The position numbers and the translations under genes are program-made. A DNA stretch of 36,017 nt from a virus: the IMG/VR virus record IMGVR_UViG_3300045988_158494; one strand, 5' to 3'. The notes under the pieces were generated by a model. That model made no database searches. It was not told the origin of the DNA and saw only the letters and a list, made by a program, of their open reading frames with translations. Positions 24,207-33,463 of the stretch are shown piece by piece (position 1 is the stretch's first letter; each line of letters starts with the position of its first letter).

Positions 24207-24693
24207 TAGGTTTCGATTTTAAATCCAGCTCCCTACGAACAACTTTCGTACGTAAATTATACACCGTCCTCTCCGCAACTTTGAGTTTTTCGGATATGCA
24301 AGACGGGGACCCACCTTGCAGCAACAGGCACTCTACGGCGAGACGTATGCACCCTCTCTCCGTACACGGATATACCGAGACCCAAAAATCCCGGGACCCG
24401 AAGTTCTCCGACAAAACGTGTATCACCTCCTCGGATGATTTGTGTATCTTTGCTTCCGGCAACCTATAATAGGCGTATTTTATTACGTGCGATGGGACCT
24501 TCTCCGTTAGTAAAAGTCTTACTGTTTCGAGCTGACTTGTAATAGTCTCGTCCTTGTCGTTGGTTCTCACTATGCGTTTAAGCGCCCAAGAGAATAACCT
24601 CAAGCCGGAGTATGGCGCTAAACGCGTTATGGCCTTGTCGTCAAGTCCAAATTTCCGGCTCTCCTTTAGTATCAAATCCGTCGTAGTCATCAA
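24175..24693 (-). CDS. HTH DNA-binding protein, sigma-70 region 4 / LuxR-like C-terminus
   Basis: LLLQGGSPSCISEKLKVAERTVYNLRTKV fits a region-4-type helix-turn-helix. At 172 aa it has the size of an ECF sigma factor, but region 2 was not recognised. Confidence 0.5.
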   Translation of the reverse strand: MMTTTDLILKESRKFGLDDKAITRLAPYSGLRLFSWALKRIVRTNDKDETITSQLETVRLLLTEKVPSHVIKYAYYRLPEAKIHKSSEEVIHVLSENFGSRDFWVSVYPCTERGCIRLAVECLLLQGGSPSCISEKLKVAERTVYNLRTKVVRRELDLKSKPNDTQHIRESV

Positions 24694-27028
24694 TAGTATT
24701 TTTTAATTCCTTTGGTACCCTTCTACGTATCCAAGCTACACACGATCCGTACTCACCGAATCGTCGGTTAGCTGCTGTTTGGTCAAAAAGCTGCGTCCTA
24801 CGTATCGCGTCAGCCACCTTTCGGCCTATCGTCGGGGTCATATCTTTACGTTCGTATTCATAGAACTCCCGCGCCACTTCAGTAGTACATACGTATTGAC
24901 GAGGAGTTCCCGACCACACGTCTCGTGAGTTCAACCAGTATTGCTTGTGCTCGAACGTACTCATCTTATACCAATCAACAGGAACAGGCATATTAAGATA
25001 GTCGATCAACGCTCCGAGCTCGGAATCCTCCGCTTTGTGGACCGTTCTAAACTGACGGGCCTCCGCCTCAGCGGCATCCGACAATACGGGTAGCACACCT
25101 TGCAAATAGTAATGAACCGCTTCGGCCCAGTACTGGTCTACAAGATCGAGAAACGCTTCCGAATGAACGTCTATCTTTACGCGCTCCTTGTTGCAGATCA
25201 TACCCCACCAACGTCGGCCATCCTCCGACGGGTCGTCGAGGAACACCACGTCGTTCGACGAGGCGATAAATACGCACTGACGTTTGTACGTCTTTGTGTA
25301 TTTAAGGTAAGCCGCACGATATCGGTCCTCCCCTTTGGTGACGAACGCTTTTCGGCTGTTCGTGCTTTTGCTCTGCACTCCGTTCAACTCGGGGATCTCC
25401 ATGATCCACACACCCCGTAACTGCTCGTAAGCCTCCTTGCTACCGTTGAACGTATAGAAAGTATCGGACCCCCAAAGTTTGGCCATACGTCGGATAAACT
25501 TCGATTTACCGAAACCCTCCTCCGAAACGAGAACAGGTATGTAGTCCATCTTCGAGGCAGGTATGAACACACGTCGAACCGCACCTGTGAAAAACTTCTT
25601 TCCCACCTCGCGCGTGTATAGCGTATTTGGTACCCCGAAACAATCTATGAAGATCGTTTCGAGACGCTTCACCCCGTCCCATTTGAGAGAGTTGAGATAG
25701 TCACGTACAGGATGGAACGCGTTCTCGTGCTCTACGATGTTAAGGGCGTCCGTGAGGACCGCACGTGCGTCAAAGCCGTACTTATCCTCGAAATAGAGTC
25801 GTAGGTAGCTTTCGTCCGTGTCGGTCATTTCGTCGTACGTTTGGATGTTTCGGCAGTCCTCGTTCTCCGTCCGAATATCAAAGGTGCGCCACGACGGCGT
25901 ACGCTTCAATACGGGCATTTCGCTGAACAGATCGTACGCAAAGATGTCCCGCAGCTCCGGGTCATACTTCAAGATCAACTGTGCGTTTTTGAGAGTCTTT
26001 TCGAGGTTTCCTTTGCTGTCCACCTCCAAACGTTCGTTGAGTATGGCTTTAGCCTCCTCGTCGTCCATCCCGTCGATGGTAAGACGGTGAACCTTTCCGC
26101 TATCCGCACGTATGCCGAGGCTTTCACACAACGACGCCATAGCCGCCTCGCCCTGCTTACCCTCGCCGAATTTATATAAACGTACGGCGTCATACGCGTT
26201 ATGACACCGACCGAGGTACGGGTCGGAGGAGTGATTCGAATAAAGATATTTGTCCTCGTATATCACACCGCCTCCTACGGTCGTAGCGCCTATAAGCGTG
26301 TACCTTCCGTTTCTCTCTTTTCTCCATACGTCCTGTAAGTACGTTTCGATTGCTTCTCGGATCGAGACCTTCGCGCAGAACGCACCTACCAAACCACCTT
26401 TGTACTTCGGGTCCTGCACCCGTACCTTCTCCGGTACAGGTACGTCGGACAGGTCCTGCCAGTTGTCGAGCTGCTCCAACAGCGGGGTTACGTCGAGTTC
26501 CTCCCCGGTCTCGTACTCGAAAAAATACTCTGCGTCCTTCGGGATAGACGGGAGGAACATGATACGATTGAAGTCAAACGTCGAGACGTCGAGAGGGAGT
26601 TTGAACTTGTCGTGCAATACACGCATAATCGCTCCGTACTCGTCAGCGAGCACAATACGATTCAACGGAACGACGACCCGGTATCTCGGGTCATCCGGCG
26701 TGGAACTGTGCGTACTATGTATAACGTACGACTTACCCGCAAGCCAGTCTCGTAGTGCTTTTAGCGTACCCTCCGCTGCCTCGTCGATGTCAATGACGAG
26801 CAACTGACGATACGTAACTTTTCTCTTCACGCACAAGCCTCCGATGAAAAAGCCAACGTCTTTGACGTCGACCTTTTGCGATTTGCTCATTTGGGCGTAT
26901 TGTGCCATCGTCTCGTCGGTCCTCGTTACGTTCTTTAGACGCTGAACGATCTCCTCCCATTCGAGACGATACTGTTTTGTTGTCGTCTGTGATCGTTTGA
27001 CCCCAAACGCAATGTCGTAAACACTCAT
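24641..27028 (-). CDS. Primase-helicase: N-terminal primase-polymerase-like domain plus a VirE/D5-type P-loop NTPase
   Basis: 795 aa. The DxD motif is LLVIDIDEA, followed by VIHSTHSS and DFNRIMFLPS. Walker A is SEEGFGKSKF and a Walker B-like motif is CVFIASSND. Confidence 0.8.
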   Translation of the reverse strand: MSVYDIAFGVKRSQTTTKQYRLEWEEIVQRLKNVTRTDETMAQYAQMSKSQKVDVKDVGFFIGGLCVKRKVTYRQLLVIDIDEAAEGTLKALRDWLAGKSYVIHSTHSSTPDDPRYRVVVPLNRIVLADEYGAIMRVLHDKFKLPLDVSTFDFNRIMFLPSIPKDAEYFFEYETGEELDVTPLLEQLDNWQDLSDVPVPEKVRVQDPKYKGGLVGAFCAKVSIREAIETYLQDVWRKERNGRYTLIGATTVGGGVIYEDKYLYSNHSSDPYLGRCHNAYDAVRLYKFGEGKQGEAAMASLCESLGIRADSGKVHRLTIDGMDDEEAKAILNERLEVDSKGNLEKTLKNAQLILKYDPELRDIFAYDLFSEMPVLKRTPSWRTFDIRTENEDCRNIQTYDEMTDTDESYLRLYFEDKYGFDARAVLTDALNIVEHENAFHPVRDYLNSLKWDGVKRLETIFIDCFGVPNTLYTREVGKKFFTGAVRRVFIPASKMDYIPVLVSEEGFGKSKFIRRMAKLWGSDTFYTFNGSKEAYEQLRGVWIMEIPELNGVQSKSTNSRKAFVTKGEDRYRAAYLKYTKTYKRQCVFIASSNDVVFLDDPSEDGRRWWGMICNKERVKIDVHSEAFLDLVDQYWAEAVHYYLQGVLPVLSDAAEAEARQFRTVHKAEDSELGALIDYLNMPVPVDWYKMSTFEHKQYWLNSRDVWSGTPRQYVCTTEVAREFYEYERKDMTPTIGRKVADAIRRTQLFDQTAANRRFGEYGSCVAWIRRRVPKELKNTIDDYDGFDTKGEPEIWT

Positions 27029-28888
27029 CTACTTTATGTATCTGAAATCTGTGAATCCATCCCCTTTTGTCACAAGTCCCGGGGCCCAACTTATCGGACG
27101 CGCCATTTCCTCCAACAAGACGTCCAGAGTATTTTCGCCTTTACGGCTTATGTACCACACTTCGTCGTGCACCGACCCAATGCACTGCACGTCAATGCGC
27201 GCACGTACGCGTTGCATAATATCTACTATCACGTCCCGGGCAATAGCCTGCGTTACGTTTTCCAGTAGGGTCCCTCCCCACATCTTAGTACGTGCAGCAT
27301 GGTCTCCGCCGCGTGAATAGTCGAGGTAGTATATAGACCACTGGTCGAGGTGCGTACCACGATAGTACAGACATCGACCGCTCGGAAGCGTAATAGCTGC
27401 TGTTTTGCCATCATACTTAAACGTCAGTTTGGTCTGCCCGCATTGCAAAACCGTTATCCCGGAGCGCATCGAACCTTTGAATGCGTTCTCAATGTCCCGC
27501 CACAATCGGCAAATTTCCGGATTCGTTCCTCTCCATACGGCTACGAGGTTTGAAACCTTCTCGTCTCCCTGCTCTCGGTAGAAGTCCGGAGCGATACGTT
27601 CGATTGCCGCCGATCCGCCCCCGTAACCAAGACCGAGCTCCGCACACTTACCCATCTGACGCTCGGGCATACCTTTGTGAACGTTCTCGATATTGAACAT
27701 CTTCTCCGCGGAGCGTGAATAGATGTCCTCGTCGTTTCGAAACGCGTCCATACGCCACTTGCAGTTAGCGAGCCATGCCACGATACGTGCTTCGATTTGT
27801 GATAGGTCTGCGCACGTAAACTGTTTTCGTTCGTCTCCGGCGTACATGCACAAACGCAAATGTTGTCGGAGGTGGTCGTAGCTTCGTACCTTCGACAAGT
27901 CTGTGGACGTGTCGTCTGCACCGTGCGCGAAGTTCTGCAACTGTACCCCACGGCTACTCCATCGCCCGGTATGCGCACCGAACCCGACGAACTCACCTCG
28001 GAGACGGCCGTCGGAGCAGATACGCGTCTCGGCTTTTTTGATCTTTGAGAAGGAGGCCCCGGTGGCCTCGTCGCGTAATTCGAGAATCTCATGCGTTACG
28101 CCTTCCCGTTCCTTTTTATTAAGGCTCGAAAGCGTGATACCCTCACGGTAGAGGGCCATTTGTACCTGCTGCGGGGATCTCAGATTTTGTATGCCGTACT
28201 TTTCACGGGCGGTGATGCCCGCACGCGTAGAATAGTACTCGGCCAACGCGCCGATTCGTCGGGCGAACTCCATATCGAACGGAACGCCGTTGAAGTTCAT
28301 TTCGAACGTAAACTGCATCGTGAAAATCTCGATCGGGGGTATGGCCGCCATTTTGTTGTAGCATTCACGCATAACCTCGACGTCGAGGGCGGAGTATCCT
28401 TTGAAGCGTTCAAACGCTTCGGGGTAGTCCTCCGGCTCGGGGAACTTAACGTGCCCGTCCTCCATGACTATCTCTTTGCGTTTCGTACGTACAGGCGAAG
28501 CGAAGAGCAACATTTCCTCCTGTGACGCTTTTCTCGTCGTTCGCAGAATCTCCGCAAGGTGTGACAGCTTTCGGGGGTAGCCAAAATACGCTGCTTGGTA
28601 CGCTGTGTCCCACCAGTCCATCGGATTGATCTCTACGCCACAAACGTACTTTGCGATGGCCATATCGAACTCGGCGTTGTGTGCCACTTTCAAAACGCTT
28701 TGATCCTCCAACGCCTCACGCACCTCGTCACTAACGCTGGTGCACGTCCTTACAGGTTTGCTGCCGAACGCGTAAGACAATAGTGTCACTTCGGTGGTGG
28801 GGTCTGTGGCATACCTGTGTGCTCCCACGTCGGCCACGTTGAGTACGCTGCGCGTCTCGAAGTCTAAAAACAAAATTGAGCTGTGCAT
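27029..28888 (-). CDS. polA: Family A DNA polymerase with a 3'-5' exonuclease domain (no 5'-3' exonuclease domain)
   Basis: The exonuclease motifs are Exo I LFLDFETRS, Exo II VAHNAEFD and Exo III YSALDVEV. The polymerase motifs are motif A CADLSQIEARIVAW, motif B RQMGKCAELGLGYGG and motif C SVHDEV. Confidence 0.9.
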   Translation of the reverse strand: MHSSILFLDFETRSVLNVADVGAHRYATDPTTEVTLLSYAFGSKPVRTCTSVSDEVREALEDQSVLKVAHNAEFDMAIAKYVCGVEINPMDWWDTAYQAAYFGYPRKLSHLAEILRTTRKASQEEMLLFASPVRTKRKEIVMEDGHVKFPEPEDYPEAFERFKGYSALDVEVMRECYNKMAAIPPIEIFTMQFTFEMNFNGVPFDMEFARRIGALAEYYSTRAGITAREKYGIQNLRSPQQVQMALYREGITLSSLNKKEREGVTHEILELRDEATGASFSKIKKAETRICSDGRLRGEFVGFGAHTGRWSSRGVQLQNFAHGADDTSTDLSKVRSYDHLRQHLRLCMYAGDERKQFTCADLSQIEARIVAWLANCKWRMDAFRNDEDIYSRSAEKMFNIENVHKGMPERQMGKCAELGLGYGGGSAAIERIAPDFYREQGDEKVSNLVAVWRGTNPEICRLWRDIENAFKGSMRSGITVLQCGQTKLTFKYDGKTAAITLPSGRCLYYRGTHLDQWSIYYLDYSRGGDHAARTKMWGGTLLENVTQAIARDVIVDIMQRVRARIDVQCIGSVHDEVWYISRKGENTLDVLLEEMARPISWAPGLVTKGDGFTDFRYIK

Positions 28889-28990
28889 ATACGTGGATTT
28901 AAGAGAATTGTGCGAGTGCGGGACCCGCCCCCGCGCACGTTACGTGCTCTGTGCTCGCTACCCGACTGTTTAACGTACAGTCGAAACGTG

Positions 28991-29590
28991 CTACTCGTAG
29001 TCGGCCGGGTTGATGTAGTCGTCAACGCTCTTCGACATCCCGCCGATCTGCTCGCCCTCGGCCATACGCATGATGGCATGAACGTTGCAGCCGATGCCCT
29101 GTGCAGCCGAGTTGTTGTAGATCCAGAACGAAACGTTTGCGAAGATGTAGTCACCGTCGTGGAGCTCCTCGTCGGACAGACGCTCAACGTCTACGTTCGG
29201 CAGCGGGACGTTGTTGATGATGATGCGTTTCTGCGTGTCCGTAACGATCGGACGGAAGTTCCTGCTGCCCACCTTCAACATGAGGTAGCCGCGGAACGCG
29301 TCCATGCCCTCCTTCTCGTCGGCGTACTCGTCGCCGTCCTGCAAACAGTTGTTTTTCGGGTTGATCCCCTTCGGGGTTTTCGACTTGAAGCCCGTGTCCT
29401 GCAACTGCTTGAACGCTTTCATGTAGAACTCGTTCACCTGTGCGACCTTCTCCGCGTCGTCCTTCGGGATAAGGATGATCGCGTTGTACTTCGGGTCTCC
29501 GACCCCTCCCTTTACTTGCGTTTTCTCGAAGAGACCACGAGGATAGACAATGCGGCACGTCGGGGCGCCTTTAATCATGAAGTTTTCCAT
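28991..29590 (-). CDS. DUF2815-like protein (phage ssDNA-binding-type protein usually linked to PolA)
   Basis: 199 aa. The N-terminus RIVYPRGLFEKTQ...GDPKYNAIILIPKDD and its position next to PolA match the common PolA/DUF2815 module. Confidence 0.6.
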   Translation of the reverse strand: MENFMIKGAPTCRIVYPRGLFEKTQVKGGVGDPKYNAIILIPKDDAEKVAQVNEFYMKAFKQLQDTGFKSKTPKGINPKNNCLQDGDEYADEKEGMDAFRGYLMLKVGSRNFRPIVTDTQKRIIINNVPLPNVDVERLSDEELHDGDYIFANVSFWIYNNSAAQGIGCNVHAIMRMAEGEQIGGMSKSVDDYINPADYE

Positions 29591-29627
29591 AGTTTAATAC
29601 GTTTAAGTGTTTAATAAAAAAGGTGAA

Positions 29628-30065
29628 TTATTCGATTGTATTGATCAACTTCGCTACGGCGATGTCGTGGAGTACAGCTTTGACCACCTCCTCCGTGTTG
29701 CTTATTGCACGGGCGAACGCATACTCGATTACGCTGATCTCCACGCCTACGGACGCTCGTGTGATACCGTTTCCTTCTACCTGAAGGTTATACGTACTGG
29801 ATAAAAAAAGCTTTACACCCTTCGCATCCCGGTCGACCAGCGCCAGCATACGCGACGAGAACTCAGCTTCCCGCTCCGGCTTTACATACTTCTCGAACAA
29901 CTTGGCGGAGCGTGCTACGTACTCGGACAACCCGAAAAGTAACGCAACGGTAGAGATCGGGAGCTCCTTGTACGTTTTGGCGGTGTCACCGGCAGTTACT
30001 TTAATACTACCGTCCAAATTACGGTCTGCGGAGAAAAGTTTCTCCATTTCATGACGTGTTTTCAT
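29628..30065 (-). CDS. Hypothetical 145-aa protein
   Basis: ATG ORF with an AU-rich leader. Confidence 0.55.
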   Translation of the reverse strand: MKTRHEMEKLFSADRNLDGSIKVTAGDTAKTYKELPISTVALLFGLSEYVARSAKLFEKYVKPEREAEFSSRMLALVDRDAKGVKLFLSSTYNLQVEGNGITRASVGVEISVIEYAFARAISNTEEVVKAVLHDIAVAKLINTIE

Positions 30066-30080
30066 AGTGCTGAATAAGTT

Positions 30081-30812
30081 TTATAAAAGTGGATTTTGTA
30101 CGTTTGCAATCTTACACAACTTCACGATCTCCTCGGGGTGCGTGTGGTAGTAGTACGTCGATTTGTGCAACAGGGTCAACGGTATGTCGCACGGGTTGTC
30201 CTCGGAGAATCCCGCACGTTCGAATAGCTTACGCAGATACCCGACGTTGCAGTGATTGTGGTACGACTTACGTCTGTGGAACTCGTCCTTCGGTTTCTCC
30301 TCCGTGAAGTACAGGTCCGCGAAATCCTCCGGCGTCAACGTGTTGTTGCACTCCAAGTACAGCGCCGTGTAGTCCCGCACGTCGATCTCTTCCCGAAACG
30401 AATTGAAGTCTGTCGCGTACAGTATGCGCTCCCCGTCGTGCGTAATATCGAACCCGATACAGGGAATGTCGTGCTTTACGTTTATCGGGCGCACGAAATA
30501 CTCGTCACCCGGCGCCGCATCGTACGGTAGCCGATACGTTGGATTCGGCAGCCCGTCGTCCTCGCACTCCAAAATATTGACCACTAAAAACGGCCACTTT
30601 TGAGCTATTGCTTCGCTTGTAGCCCTCCCGGCATATATAGGTATGCCTTCGAACCTTTGGAGCGCCTTTGTGTGGTCTGTGTGGGCGTGGGTAAGCAATA
30701 CCGCCGACCCTTTCGGCACGACCTCGGGGCAAAACCCGGCGTCGATTATTAAACGATCGTCGATCGTTACGCAGTTGCCGCTACTGCCCGATTTAATTAC
30801 TCTAACGTCCAT
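30081..30812 (-). CDS. Metallo-beta-lactamase-fold hydrolase (probable nuclease)
   Basis: SGSSGNC...IIDAG...LLTHAHTDHTKAL contains the HxHxDH motif. There are later His and Asp residues (NVKHDIP, YATDFN). Confidence 0.8.
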   Translation of the reverse strand: MDVRVIKSGSSGNCVTIDDRLIIDAGFCPEVVPKGSAVLLTHAHTDHTKALQRFEGIPIYAGRATSEAIAQKWPFLVVNILECEDDGLPNPTYRLPYDAAPGDEYFVRPINVKHDIPCIGFDITHDGERILYATDFNSFREEIDVRDYTALYLECNNTLTPEDFADLYFTEEKPKDEFHRRKSYHNHCNVGYLRKLFERAGFSEDNPCDIPLTLLHKSTYYYHTHPEEIVKLCKIANVQNPLL

Positions 30813-31291
30813 TCGCGTATTGTTTTGTTTCCGCTCGCTGCGGAGATTGCTTTTATCAACTTCATAAACGTTTCAGCGTCTCGGTTTGCGATGGCTGTAA
30901 ATACGTTGCTTACTACTTTAAGGCGGATCGGCGTCGGAACGCTATCTTTAAAAGCGTCGGTAAGGTCCCGTATGCCGTGCTTTTGATTTGCAAAGCGAAC
31001 GTACTTAAAAAGTACGTCTTTACTGGACGCAGCCCCCTGTACGCTTGCAGACGTTTCGTACTCGTAGACCATTTCGAAATACGTATTTTCCGGAAACTCG
31101 GGAAACGAATCGTCCACCCCGTAGCCCACCGACGTTTCGAGGTCCGCACGTAAGTTTGTAGAGTTCAATACGTTTATCGGGCCGCGTAGTGATCCCACCC
31201 CAAACTCGACATACGAGCACGGTCGCTCTATGAATCTTACTAACGTCTGCACGTAGTTTCTATGCACGTGCACTTTTACTCTCGTTCGCAT
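30797..31291 (-). CDS. Hypothetical 164-aa protein
   Basis: ATG ORF overlapping the MBL gene start by 16 nt. Confidence 0.55.
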   Translation of the reverse strand: MRTRVKVHVHRNYVQTLVRFIERPCSYVEFGVGSLRGPINVLNSTNLRADLETSVGYGVDDSFPEFPENTYFEMVYEYETSASVQGAASSKDVLFKYVRFANQKHGIRDLTDAFKDSVPTPIRLKVVSNVFTAIANRDAETFMKLIKAISAASGNKTIREWTLE

Positions 31292-31313
31292 ACCTTGTTA
31301 TTTACATTTGCAC

Positions 31314-31339
31314 CCGGATAGCCGATCAAAGCTATCCGG
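31314..31339 (-). terminator. 9-bp stem-loop CCGGATAGC-CGATCAAA-GCTATCCGG between early genes
   Basis: Exact complementary arms at 31314-31322 and 31331-31339. There is no clear U-tract. Confidence 0.4.
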
Positions 31340-31350
31340 ATAATACGTTG

Positions 31351-31614
31351 CTATTCTGCAACGACCTCGACACCCACCGCTACATATTTGATGTCGGGTT
31401 TCACCACGAGCGTGGTTTCTACCACAACTTCGTCCACCTTGCACGTCTCGATAACGTTCTCGTCGCAGAAACGTAGAGCGGCGCTCAACGTTCCGAATTT
31501 GTGCTCCTCCTTTTCGTGGTTGGCTCGCGTCACCCGCACGGTAACGCCTATGTTCGTTATAATGAACTCGCCGTACCCAACAGGTACGAGGTTCGGTTCT
31601 CCCGCACGTTTCAT
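31351..31614 (-). CDS. Hypothetical 87-aa protein
   Basis: ATG ORF with a 4-nt overlap with the upstream gene. Confidence 0.5.
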   Translation of the reverse strand: MKRAGEPNLVPVGYGEFIITNIGVTVRVTRANHEKEEHKFGTLSAALRFCDENVIETCKVDEVVVETTLVVKPDIKYVAVGVEVVAE

Positions 31615-31988
31615 ATTAAGTAATCTTTAAGAGTTAGTTGGTACTCCCTACGTGTTATATCACAACGATTTTCGTCCACACGTATGCCCTTGTCGTTCAA
31701 TACGTGAATTTCAAAATACTTTATTACTCCTTTACAGTATGTTGTGACAAGGATGTTAGACGCCCGTTGGAAAATATTCACGTGCAATCCGCCCTTTGCG
31801 CAAGCTATTATCGCGCTTGCAGTGTTACTAAAACGTTTTGGAACAACCGACCTGTCGCTATCGACCTCCTGATAATACCCACACACTACACAAGGCTGTT
31901 CGGCTATGTGCGTGTGTCTGAATATACGCATAAACCGATCAAACGAATCCAGTTCTAAACGAGTTTCTACGTAGCATTTACTTATCAT
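31611..31988 (-). CDS. 125-aa Cys-containing protein, paralog A of a tandem pair
   Basis: It shares the PCVVCG motif and the C-terminal block FEIHVLNDKG..DENRCD..RREYQLTLKDY.I with the adjacent gene. Confidence 0.65.
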   Translation of the reverse strand: MISKCYVETRLELDSFDRFMRIFRHTHIAEQPCVVCGYYQEVDSDRSVVPKRFSNTASAIIACAKGGLHVNIFQRASNILVTTYCKGVIKYFEIHVLNDKGIRVDENRCDITRREYQLTLKDYLI

Positions 31989-32362
31989 ATTACGTAATCT
32001 TTGAGGGTCAGTTGATACTCTCGACGCGACAGGTCACAACGGTTCTCGTCCGCATGTACCCCTTTGTCGTTCAATACGTGAATCTCGAAAAGATCTATCC
32101 CGTCGTGATGGTGCGCATCTACGAGGATATCGGACGCACGTTGCGATATTTTCACATATTCACATCTTTTGACACACGAGTAGATAGCGTTTTCTAAACC
32201 ATCAAACCTTGTCGGGCATATCTCTATACGACCCCGCCATGTTCCAATTGTACCGCACACAACGCAAGGACGCTGCGCAACGTCGCTATACTTGAGCTCT
32301 TCGATGAACTCCTCAAAAGACGTATACTCTTCCCACGTGTCCACATACGTTCTCTTAATCAT
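31985..32362 (-). CDS. 125-aa Cys-containing protein, paralog B of a tandem pair
   Basis: Same length and motifs as 31611-31988. The 3' ends are also visibly similar at the nucleotide level. Confidence 0.65.
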   Translation of the reverse strand: MIKRTYVDTWEEYTSFEEFIEELKYSDVAQRPCVVCGTIGTWRGRIEICPTRFDGLENAIYSCVKRCEYVKISQRASDILVDAHHHDGIDLFEIHVLNDKGVHADENRCDLSRREYQLTLKDYVI

Positions 32363-32365
32363 AAC

Positions 32366-32451
32366 TTTAAGTTTTAAGTACGTTCAGACTATCTGAACGT
32401 TTCGAGCTCCGGCGAGGGCACGACCCGCACGTTTCGATTTTCCGGAGCTAA
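32366..32451 (-). promoter_or_regulatory. Conserved structured intergenic element, copy 1 (nested GC hairpin plus a 9-bp hairpin), 42 nt upstream of the ATG at 32362
   Basis: It is 86 nt long with 5 mismatches to copy 2. The outer stem pairs 32405-32412 with 32442-32449. The inner stem-loop is 32414-32428. The second hairpin ACGTTCAGA-CTA-TCTGAACGT is at 32380-32400. Confidence 0.7.
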
Positions 32452-32455
32452 AGTG

Positions 32456-32815
32456 TTATTTTACAGTCGAGAGCCACGATATTGGGTATTTAGGCTCTAT
32501 CTTACGCTCCCCTACTACCTCCATACGTTTTCCCACAAGTTTAAATTTATTCACGCACCCGATACCCTCGAGAAAATCGTTCATCACTCGGACCTCCGAT
32601 CGGGATACTTCGCAAACGTGAATATACGGCCGTACAAATACTGGTCCGGGGTGTGTATGATAAGCAAACTTCGGGTCTCTAACGTAAAGTATAAGACGCT
32701 CACCGTGATAAACCATGTACTGCGCGCACGCACGATTCATAACGCCGTGCCACGATCTGAACTGCGCGTGTTCACAATCGTTGAACCCACGCAACAAAAC
32801 GTCTACTGTCCGCAT
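32456..32815 (-). CDS. Hypothetical 119-aa protein
   Basis: ATG ORF overlapping the upstream gene by 13 nt. Confidence 0.5.
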   Translation of the reverse strand: MRTVDVLLRGFNDCEHAQFRSWHGVMNRACAQYMVYHGERLILYVRDPKFAYHTHPGPVFVRPYIHVCEVSRSEVRVMNDFLEGIGCVNKFKLVGKRMEVVGERKIEPKYPISWLSTVK

Positions 32816-33459
32816 ACCTTGTCCACGAGTGCTTTACGTCCTTCTTTGAGCTGGTCGATAGTGGCGAACAGGGTTAGCTCTTTTACGCGGAACAACGGAT
32901 TGATCTCCGAGATACGCTCCCCGATCTCCGACCGCAGGTCGCTGACTAACTTATCGTAATAATCATAACGTTCGATTGCGTCGAGGAGGATGGCAACCTC
33001 CTCGCGTATGTCTGTTACCTTTTTGACTGCTGCGTCACGTATCGCTTGAGCGCATATGCGATTTTCGGAGGTGACGCCTTCGTCGGCGAAAAAGTCCAGA
33101 TACATCCCGTTGTCGATATACGTTCCGGTCGATACACCGTTATCATCCGTACCGAGGGAGACCCAACGATTCGCCATGTGGAACATAAACCACAAGCGTC
33201 GATACTCTATATGTACGCCGTTGTTCATCTTACCGTACGTATCGACATCGGTTGTCACCGAAAAACGAGGTACGTCCATATTCGACGCGGGGCGGAACAT
33301 CTTCTCGCACGCTTCGTCGATAGCCTTCTTGAATCTTACGTTGAGAACTTTACCGTCGAAACGTTCCGCCACGTCGAGTAGCGGAACGAGGTATTTGCAA
33401 AATGCGTTGTACTCAATGACTTGTGCCTGCGATACCGCGATAAACTTTTCTTTTTTCAT
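32803..33459 (-). CDS. Hypothetical 218-aa protein
   Basis: ATG ORF directly downstream of element copy 2. Confidence 0.6.
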   Translation of the reverse strand: MKKEKFIAVSQAQVIEYNAFCKYLVPLLDVAERFDGKVLNVRFKKAIDEACEKMFRPASNMDVPRFSVTTDVDTYGKMNNGVHIEYRRLWFMFHMANRWVSLGTDDNGVSTGTYIDNGMYLDFFADEGVTSENRICAQAIRDAAVKKVTDIREEVAILLDAIERYDYYDKLVSDLRSEIGERISEINPLFRVKELTLFATIDQLKEGRKALVDKVCGQ

Positions 33460-33463
33460 TGTG

